Source: Candidatus Omnitrophica bacterium UBA6253 (GTDB taxonomy: Bacteria > Omnitrophota > Gorgyraeia > Gygaellales > Profunditerraquicolaceae). From it: DNA of 64,000 bases. The stretch is from NCBI GenBank assembly GCA_002441245.1, contig DJVP01000001.1, positions 65,215 to 129,214 on the forward strand, read 5' to 3'. Below, in pieces: positions 54,483 through 64,000 of the stretch. The first letter of the stretch is position 1. Each line of letters begins with the position of its first letter. The translations under genes and the position numbers were made by a program. The notes beneath the pieces are model-generated. The model did not search any database, was not told the origin of the DNA, and worked only from the letters and a program-made list of their open reading frames with translations.

Positions 54483-57140
54483 TTGCGAATGGAAGAACTG
54501 TCCAAGCAGTATAACCCCAAAGAAACAGAAGAAAAGTGGTATAAATTTTGGGAAGATAATAATCTTTTTTCCGCTAAGCCAATACCCGGAAAATTGCCTT
54601 ATTGCATAGTTATCCCGCCGCCCAATGTTACGGGAATATTGCATATGGGCCATGCTTTAAATAATACTATTCAGGATATCCTGATCCGCTATAAAAGAAT
54701 GCAGGGATTTAGCAGCCTATGGATGCCGGGGACTGACCATGCAGGTATTGCTACGCAAAATGTAGTAGAAAGATCCTTGGCCAAAGAAGGATTAAAACGC
54801 CAAGATTTAGGCAGTGAAAAGTTTATTGCCAAGGTTTGGGATTGGAAAGAACGCAATGGCACAACTATCATTACCCAGTTAAAGAAATTAGGTGCTTCAT
54901 GCGACTGGTCACGCACCCGTTTTACTATGGATCAGGCATATTCGGATAGTGTAGCTGAGGCCTTTGTCAGGTTGTTTAAGAAAAAACTTATTTACCAGGG
55001 AAATTATATTATTAACTGGTGCCCCCGCTGCCAGACGGCATTAAGCGATGAAGAATCCAGCCATATAGAATTACAGGGGCATCTATACTACTTTAAATAT
55101 CCGCTAAAAGAAAATCCGGGTAAATTTATCAGCGTTGCTACTACGCGCCCGGAAACCATGCTTGGTGATACTGCCGTAGCCGTAAACCCCAAAGATAAAC
55201 GTTATAAGGAATATATAGGGAAAATCTTAACCCTCCCCTTAGTCAACCGCGAGATTAAAGTTATTGCAGATAGCGTCGTGGATATGCAGTTTGGAAGCGG
55301 GGCGGTAAAAGTTACCCCTGCGCATGACCCCAATGACTATTTGCTGGGTAAAAAACATAACCTGGAATTTATCAATGTAATGACCCCTGACGGCAAAATG
55401 AATTCATCGGCAGGTAAATTTTGTGGTCTTGACCGTTTTAAGGCAAGGGAGGCAGTATTGGAAGACCTTAACTCCATAGGTTTATTAGAAAAAACCCAGG
55501 AACATAAGCTTTCTGCCGGGCATTGCTACCGCTGCCATACAATCATCGAACCATACCTGTCAAAACAATGGTTTGTAAAGATGAAGCCTCTGGCCAAGCC
55601 GGCAATTGAAGCAGTAAAGAAAGGTAAGATCAGATTTTATCCGCAGCGCTGGAGTAAAGTTTACCTTAATTGGATGGAGAATATCCAGGATTGGTGTATT
55701 TCCCGTCAGATCTGGTGGGGGCATCGTATCCCGGTTTATTACTGCAGGGATTGCCAGTCAAAGGATCCTGCCAAGGGCATCATTGTATCCAAGACAAAAC
55801 CGGAAAAATGCCCAAAGTGCGCCTCAGTTGATATTTTTCAGGAGGAGGACGTTCTGGACACCTGGTTTTCCAGCTGGCTGTGGCCATTCGCCACATTTTA
55901 TTGGCCAAAGGAGAGCGTTGATTTAAAATATTTTTATCCTACTACAACCCTGGTTACTGCACCAGAAATTATTTTTTTCTGGGTGGCGCGCATGATTATG
56001 GCTGGTTTAGAATTTAAGAGAAACATCCCCTTTCAGGATGTTTATATACATGGAACTGTGCGCGATATCGAAGGAAAGAAAATGTCCAAATCGCTAGGCA
56101 ATGTTATTGACCCTTTAGAGGTTATCGCTGAATATGGCACTGATGCCCTGCGTTTCAGCCTTATTTCTATAACTGCCCAAGGCCAGGACGTTTATCTGTC
56201 TAAGGAAAGATTTGAGCAAGGCAGAAACTTTGCTAATAAAATCTGGAACGCCTCGCGGTTTATTTTAATGAACCTTAAACCCGAAAACTCAAATGCAGAT
56301 TTATGTGTTTTTTTTAGAAAAGAAAGGCTTGATATTCTCAACCGTTGGATACTCAGCCGTTTTTATTCTACTCTTAAAAAAACAGATGAAGATCTGGCTG
56401 CCTACAGATTTAATGAGGCAGCCAACAACCTGTATTCATTTTTTTGGCATGAGTTTTGCGACTGGTACCTGGAATTAATTAAACCGCAAATAGGCGAAAG
56501 GCAGACACAGCTGGTTATGTATAAGGTTTTGGAAAAAACCTTAAGGATAATCCATCCTTTTATGCCTTTCATATCCGAAGAAATATGGCAACGCCTTCCA
56601 GGGGCAAAAGATTCTATTATGCAGCAGAAATGGCCGCACCTGCAAGCTGATTTAATCAGTGACATTGACGAGAAACAAATGCAGCTATGTTTTGATATTA
56701 TCAATACCATAAGAAATATGCGCGCAGAGATGGATGTAAACCTAAACAGCCGTATTGAGATTAGACTGGCCTTTTCCGATAAATTGCTGGAGGAAGCAAT
56801 ACCGCCATTAATTAGCTACATTAAAAACCTGGCAAAAGTAGATACCTTGAGCATAACTAAAAGGTATCAGCCGCAGGAAAACGAGTTTGCCTGTATAATC
56901 AAAAATATGCACATTGTAATGCCGCTTGCCGGGATAGTAAACGTAGCAGAGCAAATAAAAAAGAATCAGGCGAAAATCGATAAAATAAAATTTGAAATTA
57001 AGAATAAGGAGGCTATGCTGGCTAACGAAAGCTTCCTCAGCCGTGCTCCAAAAGAAATTGTAGATACGGAAAAAACAAAATTAAAAGATATGTATGATCA
57101 GGTGGTTAAACTGGAGGTGATTAAAAATGGCTTACGATAA
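54483..57140 (+). CDS. valS: Valyl-tRNA synthetase
   Basis: 885 aa. HIGH motif (PPNVTGILHMGHAL), KMSKS (GKKMSKSLGN), C-terminal coiled coil. Confidence 0.95.
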   Translation: MRMEELSKQYNPKETEEKWYKFWEDNNLFSAKPIPGKLPYCIVIPPPNVTGILHMGHALNNTIQDILIRYKRMQGFSSLWMPGTDHAGIATQNVVERSLAKEGLKRQDLGSEKFIAKVWDWKERNGTTIITQLKKLGASCDWSRTRFTMDQAYSDSVAEAFVRLFKKKLIYQGNYIINWCPRCQTALSDEESSHIELQGHLYYFKYPLKENPGKFISVATTRPETMLGDTAVAVNPKDKRYKEYIGKILTLPLVNREIKVIADSVVDMQFGSGAVKVTPAHDPNDYLLGKKHNLEFINVMTPDGKMNSSAGKFCGLDRFKAREAVLEDLNSIGLLEKTQEHKLSAGHCYRCHTIIEPYLSKQWFVKMKPLAKPAIEAVKKGKIRFYPQRWSKVYLNWMENIQDWCISRQIWWGHRIPVYYCRDCQSKDPAKGIIVSKTKPEKCPKCASVDIFQEEDVLDTWFSSWLWPFATFYWPKESVDLKYFYPTTTLVTAPEIIFFWVARMIMAGLEFKRNIPFQDVYIHGTVRDIEGKKMSKSLGNVIDPLEVIAEYGTDALRFSLISITAQGQDVYLSKERFEQGRNFANKIWNASRFILMNLKPENSNADLCVFFRKERLDILNRWILSRFYSTLKKTDEDLAAYRFNEAANNLYSFFWHEFCDWYLELIKPQIGERQTQLVMYKVLEKTLRIIHPFMPFISEEIWQRLPGAKDSIMQQKWPHLQADLISDIDEKQMQLCFDIINTIRNMRAEMDVNLNSRIEIRLAFSDKLLEEAIPPLISYIKNLAKVDTLSITKRYQPQENEFACIIKNMHIVMPLAGIVNVAEQIKKNQAKIDKIKFEIKNKEAMLANESFLSRAPKEIVDTEKTKLKDMYDQVVKLEVIKNGLR

Positions 57141-58008
57141 ATACTTTTTGTCAGAAGGCAAGCCTGAAATTAATCCTGAAAAGATGGAAGCGATAGTCAG
57201 GCACGCCTTGATTGAGGATATCGGCCGAGGAGATATTACCACTCAGCTTACTATCCCGAAAGACAAAATGGTCAAAGCAAAAATTATCGCCAGGGAGGAT
57301 TTCCTGCTCTGCGGCATAATTGTAGCGAAAATGGTCTTTAAGGCCGTGGATTCTTCCGTTGAGTTTATTCAAAAGATCAAAGAAGGGAAACGGGTCAAAG
57401 CCGGAAAAACAATTGCCACTATTTCCGGAAAGGCCAGTAGCATTCTTACTGCTGAACGGGTAGCCTTGAATTTATTGTCCATGCTTTCCGGAATTGCCAC
57501 AAAAACAGGCGAATTTGTTAAAGAGATCGAGCCCTATAAAACCAAAATTACCGACACACGCAAGACTATGCCCGGGTTGAGAGAATTACAAAAATACGCC
57601 GTAAGGATCGGAGGGGGGCACAACCACAGGATCCGCCTGGATGAGATGATCTTAATCAAAGATAACCATATTAAAGTTACTGACGGTTATTCCAAACTGC
57701 CCAGCGTGCCAAAAGGCTATAAGATTGAAATAGAAGTGCAAAATCTGGAAGAATTTAAACACGCCTTGTATTTTAAACCTGACATAATCATGCTCGACAA
57801 TATGAAGGTTGAAGATATCAAGGAGGCAGTAAAAATCAGGAATAGTACTGAATTTAAAAGCCATCACCTTCCCAGCAAGCTTGAGGCATCCGGAGGTATA
57901 TATCTTAAGAATATAAGAGAATACGCCGCAACAGGCGTAGAGATAATTTCAATAGGGGAGCTGACTGATTCGGTAAAATCTGTAGATATCAGCTTAGAGG
58001 TTACTTAA
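57127..58008 (+). CDS. nadC: Nicotinate-nucleotide pyrophosphorylase (quinolinate phosphoribosyltransferase)
   Basis: 293 aa. QPRT motifs (TRKTMPGLR, MLDNM). Confidence 0.85.
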   Translation: MAYDKYFLSEGKPEINPEKMEAIVRHALIEDIGRGDITTQLTIPKDKMVKAKIIAREDFLLCGIIVAKMVFKAVDSSVEFIQKIKEGKRVKAGKTIATISGKASSILTAERVALNLLSMLSGIATKTGEFVKEIEPYKTKITDTRKTMPGLRELQKYAVRIGGGHNHRIRLDEMILIKDNHIKVTDGYSKLPSVPKGYKIEIEVQNLEEFKHALYFKPDIIMLDNMKVEDIKEAVKIRNSTEFKSHHLPSKLEASGGIYLKNIREYAATGVEIISIGELTDSVKSVDISLEVT

Positions 58009-58041
58009 ACCTTGGCCTAAATTCTTACCCTTGGACCATTA

Positions 58042-60012
58042 ATGAAATTTAAGCTTGTTTCTAGTTTCAAGCCATGCGGCGACCAACCCAAAGCAATACA
58101 AAATCTTAGCAAGGCCATACTTGCCAAGAATCGCTACACTACGCTTCTAGGGGTTACCGGAAGTGGCAAGACATTTACTTTAGCTAATGCTATAGCAAAA
58201 GTAAATATGCCCACCTTGGTAATTTCACACAATAAAACATTGGCAGCCCAGCTATATTCCGAATTCAAAGGATTCTTTCCGCATAACGCGGTTGAATATT
58301 TTGTAAGTTATTACGATTATTACCAGCCGGAAGCATACATCCCATCTACAGATACCTATATAGAAAAAGATTCTTCGATAAATGAAAGATTAGACCGTTT
58401 AAGGCTCTCCGCAACTACATCATTGATGAGCCGACAGGATGTCATTGTTGTAGCCTCGGTTTCCTGCATCTACAACCTGGGCTCCCCTGAGGATTACCAG
58501 GGGCATCTGCTGATTTTAAACAGATCACAGAAAATTTCGCGGGAAGAATTAATTACCAAGTTGATCCAGGTACAGTATGTACGAGATGATTATGAATTTA
58601 AGCGCGGCAGGATCAGGGTACGCGGAGAGATTATTGAGATATTCCCTTCCTATAGCGAAAAGGCGATTCGCATAGAATTGGCTGGCGAAAAAATAAATAA
58701 AATCTCTGTAATCGAACCGCTATCCGCAGAAGTATTAAGCATTATCGAAAAAATCGCCATTTATCCGGCAAAGCATTTTATTGTTTCCGGAGAAAAAATA
58801 GACGAAGCAATTGATTCGATAAGAAAGGAGCTATCCGACCAGCTCAAGAATTTAAGGGAAAGGAACAAACTGCTTGAGGCTCAACGTTTGGAATCACGCA
58901 CAAACTATGATTTAGAGATGCTTAAGGAAATTGGATATTGCCATGGCATAGAAAACTATTCCCGCCACTTGAGCGCCAGGCCTGCAGGCAGCCGGCCATA
59001 CTCAATGATTGATTATTTTAATGGGAATTTCCTGACTATAATCGATGAATCACACGCAACCGTACCTCAGATTAGGGCAATGTTTGCCGGGGACAGGGCC
59101 AGAAAAGAAACATTGGTTGAATACGGCTTTAGGCTTCCGTCCTGCTTGGATAACCGCCCTTTAAAATTCAATGAATTCAACCAGCTTGTAAAACAAACAA
59201 TATTTGTCTCAGCTACTCCTGATGAATACGAACTTAAATTAAGCAGGCATATGCCCATAGAACAAATCATCCGGCCTACTGGATTAATTGACCCGGAAAT
59301 TATAATTAAACCTACTGGCGGCCAAATTGAAGATTTAATCAACCAGATTAGGAAGCGGGCCAAAAACAAGGAGAGAATATTGGTAACTACTCTTACCAAG
59401 AGGATGTCCGAAGATTTAGCTAATTACCTGGCAGAAAAAGGAATAAAGGTAAAATACCTGCATTCCGAAATAAAAACTATAGAACGCTCCAAGATATTAA
59501 AAGAATTAAGGGAGAAGAAATTTGACTGCCTGGTAGGAATTAATTTGCTCAGGGAAGGATTGGATTTGCCCGAAGTTTCACTAGTGGCAATTCTGGATGC
59601 GGATAAAGAAGGATTTTTACGTTCCGCCACAAGCCTCATACAAGTGGGGGGCCGTGCCGCGCGCAACGTTAACGGAACGGTAATTATGTATGCTGACAGC
59701 ATTACCGGTTCTATGAAAAAGGCAATCAGCGAAAGCAGGCGCAGAAGAAAACTTCAGCTTGAATTCAATCAAAAGAATGCAATTACCCCGCGCTCGATTC
59801 AAAAATCAATTAAAGAAGGGATTGAAGTGCTGGAAGAAACAGCTGAATTTGTCCGCGAACTGACCGGAGAACCAAAAGAGCAATATCAGTTGCATAAATA
59901 TATTTCTGAGTTAGAATATGAAATGGAGTTGGCCGCGCGCAATCTCTTATTTGAAAAGGCGGCTAGCTTAAGAGACCAGATTAAGGAGTTAAAACATGCT
60001 ACTGGCAATTGA
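58042..60012 (+). CDS. uvrB: Excinuclease ABC subunit B
   Basis: 656 aa. F(K/Q)L.S..P.GDQP start, Walker A GVTGSGKT, C-terminal UVR domain. Confidence 0.95.
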   Translation: MKFKLVSSFKPCGDQPKAIQNLSKAILAKNRYTTLLGVTGSGKTFTLANAIAKVNMPTLVISHNKTLAAQLYSEFKGFFPHNAVEYFVSYYDYYQPEAYIPSTDTYIEKDSSINERLDRLRLSATTSLMSRQDVIVVASVSCIYNLGSPEDYQGHLLILNRSQKISREELITKLIQVQYVRDDYEFKRGRIRVRGEIIEIFPSYSEKAIRIELAGEKINKISVIEPLSAEVLSIIEKIAIYPAKHFIVSGEKIDEAIDSIRKELSDQLKNLRERNKLLEAQRLESRTNYDLEMLKEIGYCHGIENYSRHLSARPAGSRPYSMIDYFNGNFLTIIDESHATVPQIRAMFAGDRARKETLVEYGFRLPSCLDNRPLKFNEFNQLVKQTIFVSATPDEYELKLSRHMPIEQIIRPTGLIDPEIIIKPTGGQIEDLINQIRKRAKNKERILVTTLTKRMSEDLANYLAEKGIKVKYLHSEIKTIERSKILKELREKKFDCLVGINLLREGLDLPEVSLVAILDADKEGFLRSATSLIQVGGRAARNVNGTVIMYADSITGSMKKAISESRRRRKLQLEFNQKNAITPRSIQKSIKEGIEVLEETAEFVRELTGEPKEQYQLHKYISELEYEMELAARNLLFEKAASLRDQIKELKHATGN

Positions 60013-60745
60013 TGTTGGCAACACCAACATATCATGCGGTATATTTAAAGGGCCAAGATTAGTTAAACAGTTTGATATCCCCGCAAAGGCCTGTTTTAAA
60101 ACCCATCTTATCAGAAAACTTAAAGATGTCTCAAGAATATCCGCCAGCATCATCTGCAGCGTTGTACCAAAACAAACTCCGGGTATTTTACGTAACCTGA
60201 TATCCTTAACCGGCAAGACACCCTACATAATAGGTAAGGACCTGCTCGTCCCGATAAGGAACCTTTACCACAGGCCAAAACAGGTAGGGCAAGACCGGTT
60301 AGTCAATGCCTATGCGGCAAGCATCCTTTATCAAGCCCCGCTAATTGTCATAGATTCAGGGACTGCTATTACCTTTGACGTAATTTCTAAAAAAAATGAA
60401 TACCTGGGGGGTTTAATTGCTCCGGGTATGGAGATCTCTCTTAAGGCATTAAAAGAAAAGACTGCTCTACTGCCAGAGGTAAAATTAACCAGGCCTAGAA
60501 TGCTCATCGGTAAAGATACCAATAACAGTATCTTAAGCGGAATTGTTTTCGGCGCGGCAGACTTATGCAGCGGGATAACCAAAAGAATCAGACAGCGCTT
60601 TGGCAGTGATATTCTGGTTATCGGCACAGGCGGGAATATTTGCCTGATTAAGGAATACTCCAAGCTTGATATAAGAATTGATAAAAATTTAACTTTAAAA
60701 GGAATAAATCTTACTTATGAATATGGAATTAAAAAACGCATTTAA
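59996..60745 (+). CDS. coaX: Type III pantothenate kinase
   Basis: 249 aa. LLAIDVGNTNISCG start and GTGGN motif of the ASKHA fold. Confidence 0.85.
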   Translation: MLLAIDVGNTNISCGIFKGPRLVKQFDIPAKACFKTHLIRKLKDVSRISASIICSVVPKQTPGILRNLISLTGKTPYIIGKDLLVPIRNLYHRPKQVGQDRLVNAYAASILYQAPLIVIDSGTAITFDVISKKNEYLGGLIAPGMEISLKALKEKTALLPEVKLTRPRMLIGKDTNNSILSGIVFGAADLCSGITKRIRQRFGSDILVIGTGGNICLIKEYSKLDIRIDKNLTLKGINLTYEYGIKKRI

Positions 60746-61355
60746 TTTTATAATCACAGCGATACCGGTTTGCCTTTTGGCCGCCTTTACAGGAATCTCT
60801 TACGGGCAAAACCCTGAAAATTCCCCCCAGGAAAGTAGTAGTACAAAAACGGCTATTGAGCAGGCGCTTAAGAATTATGAAACGCAAAAACAAAACGAAC
60901 AGGATGAGTTGACGGCGCAACTTAATTTTCGCTTGGGGCAGGCAACAGAGACATGGATTACCTCAGCTGAGAATAACAGGTATAATGAACTAGGCACATT
61001 CATTGAACAAAATTGGGACAAGCAGGCACGGACTTATATGATTACCCCGGTGCGCTTCGATTACTATTTAAGAGGATACGAATATAGCGTAACTGATAGC
61101 GATGTAATTAAAACCGATTCTATGACTTCCCCTTACAAAGCTATAGTAGTAATCAAAGAAGTGCTTTATGCTGAAAAATATCACCATCCCAATATCAGCG
61201 ACACAAAATTATATTACTATACGGTTACGAATTTTTACACACTTGACTTTGCATATAAAGAAGGGGAGTTTATACTGGTAAGCAGCGATAGTAAAATGGA
61301 AAGTATTATAAATGAGATTTCTAATAAAGCCCGCAGGGACTGGTTGTTAAAATAA
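60717..61355 (+). CDS. Secreted/periplasmic hypothetical protein
   Basis: 212 aa. A signal peptide (IITAIPVCLLAAFTGISYGQ) is followed by a Q/E-rich region and a Y-rich domain. No family recognised. The start is uncertain (ATG at 60717 or 60723). Confidence 0.45.
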   Translation: MNMELKNAFNFIITAIPVCLLAAFTGISYGQNPENSPQESSSTKTAIEQALKNYETQKQNEQDELTAQLNFRLGQATETWITSAENNRYNELGTFIEQNWDKQARTYMITPVRFDYYLRGYEYSVTDSDVIKTDSMTSPYKAIVVIKEVLYAEKYHHPNISDTKLYYYTVTNFYTLDFAYKEGEFILVSSDSKMESIINEISNKARRDWLLK

Positions 61356-61366
61356 ATAAAAAACTC

Positions 61367-61394
61367 TTGACAAGAATTTTTTTTTGTTTATAAT
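61367..61394 (+). promoter_or_regulatory. Sigma70 promoter of groESL (TTGACA - 16 nt - TATAAT)
   Basis: Consensus -35 at 61367-61372 and -10 at 61389-61394. Confidence 0.7.
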
Positions 61395-61420
61395 TAGCAC
61401 TCTGGAGAAAAGAGTGCTAA
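61394..61420 (+). promoter_or_regulatory. CIRCE operator (HrcA binding site)
   Basis: TTAGCACTC-tggagaaaa-GAGTGCTAA is a perfect 9-N9-9 CIRCE inverted repeat. It overlaps the -10 and the predicted TSS. Confidence 0.9.
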
Positions 61421-61453
61421 ATTTATTAACAATATTATTAAGGAGGTGACAAG

Positions 61454-63405
<1,952 letters not shown>

Positions 63406-63446
63406 AAAACAGTAGATAAGAACTAACAGTTAATGTTTGGGTAAGT

Positions 63447-63480
63447 AAAAGGGCGTAGATAAAATCTACGCCCTTTTACT
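63447..63480 (+). terminator. Rho-independent terminator of groESL
   Basis: AAAAGGGCGTAGA(t)aaaaTCTACGCCCTTTT hairpin followed by a T-rich tract. Confidence 0.75.
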
Positions 63481-63505
63481 TTAATTGCTTAAACCAAAAT
63501 ATATA

Positions 63506-63534
63506 TTGACAAACTAGCTATTCAGGTATAAAAT
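63506..63534 (+). promoter_or_regulatory. Putative promoter (TTGACA - 17 nt - TAAAAT) for the downstream IMPDH-family gene
   Basis: -35 at 63506-63511 and -10-like at 63529-63534. AAGGAGA RBS at 63610-63616. Confidence 0.4.
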
Positions 63535-63624
63535 TTAATATCCTTTTCAGAAATTTTCCCTAAATAAGGTCAATTTTTCGTAAACTATTATAAAACAATA
63601 GGTTAATACAAGGAGATTCGCAAA

Positions 63625-64000
63625 ATGGCAGAATGGATAGGCATAGGAAGGCGCGCAAGAAGATGCTATGGTTTTGATGAGATCGCCTTAGTTCCGGGGG
63701 CTCAAACCGTAAATCCAAATGAAGTTGATACCAGCTTTGAATTTATGGGTAAGAAATTCAAAATACCTATCCTTGCAGCAGCTATGGATGGTGTTGTCAA
63801 TGTAAGATTCGCCATTGAAATGTCCCGTTTGGGGGGCTTGGCGGTTCTAAATCTGGATGGAATTCAAACTCGCTATGAAAATCCCGATGAAGTACTGGAA
63901 GACATAGCAAAGGCCACACCTCAAAAGGCCACTGAACTCATACAGGCAGTTTATACCACGCCTATTAAAGAAAAACTAGTTACAAAAAGAGTTGCTGAGA
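63625..64000 (+). CDS. IMP dehydrogenase family protein (GuaB3-like), 5' portion; continues past the window end
   Basis: MAEWIGIGRRARRCYGFDEIALVPG ... IPILAAAMDGVVN ... LGGLAVLN matches the GuaB3-type IMPDH-related N-terminus. Confidence 0.6.
   Translation, partial: MAEWIGIGRRARRCYGFDEIALVPGAQTVNPNEVDTSFEFMGKKFKIPILAAAMDGVVNVRFAIEMSRLGGLAVLNLDGIQTRYENPDEVLEDIAKATPQKATELIQAVYTTPIKEKLVTKRVAE

Overview
A 64 kb chromosomal segment from a low-GC, compact-genome bacterium that is apparently diderm, carrying mostly housekeeping operons on the + strand. Many adjacent genes have 1-4 nt start/stop overlaps, consistent with translational coupling. I see no CRISPR array, transposase, integrase or obvious prophage.

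Core content, in order:
- two tRNAs (one truncated at the window edge);
- COG1579 Zn-ribbon protein, RNase HI, and a bacterial type-A RNase P RNA that is masked by two spurious minus-strand ORFs;
- yebC-ruvC-ruvA, then scpB (no ruvB follows);
- an aromatic amino-acid block: pheA, hisC-family aminotransferase, DAHP synthase, tyrA;
- cmk-lepA-lepB-pgsA-plsY;
- a roughly 6.8 kb apparently accessory insert: an orphan hypothetical gene with a palindromic operator-like site, a 951-aa TPR plus beta-barrel outer-membrane protein with a near-leaderless sigma70 promoter, and a convergent 1065-aa glycoside-hydrolase/phosphorylase-like protein;
- gatCAB, ctp, YibQ-like deacetylase, tsaD, mgtC;
- a bactofilin protein fused to an excisionase-type HTH, followed by a membrane-anchored HTH paralog;
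- a LarB-like gene, then a partial Wood-Ljungdahl module (acsC, RACo-like activase, cooC, acsD, acsE) with no CODH/ACS catalytic subunits;
- tRNA-Met, a Wzx-like flippase on the minus strand, tilS-ftsH-folP (folP carries an N-terminal extension);
- cdaA followed by a 42-aa remnant or mini version of CdaR;
- pdxJ-acpS-nnr and a tRNA Thr-Tyr-Gly cluster;
- a cytoplasmic PAS histidine kinase plus a CheY-like regulator;
- a short methanogen-type thymidylate-synthase-like gene embedded among three PilZ proteins (four PilZ domains) that flank gpsA and tRNA-Pro;
- an aspartate-family block: hom, thrC, stand-alone coaB, an ApgM-family protein that is probably the non-orthologous homoserine kinase, lysC, cimA;
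- valS-nadC, uvrB, coaX, a secreted hypothetical, CIRCE-controlled groES-groEL, and the 5' end of a GuaB3-like IMPDH-family gene.

The items I would look at first are the bactofilin-HTH pair, the orphan CFeSP/MeTr/RACo module, the mini-CdaR, the TS-like/PilZ signalling cluster, and the OMP-plus-large-enzyme insert.
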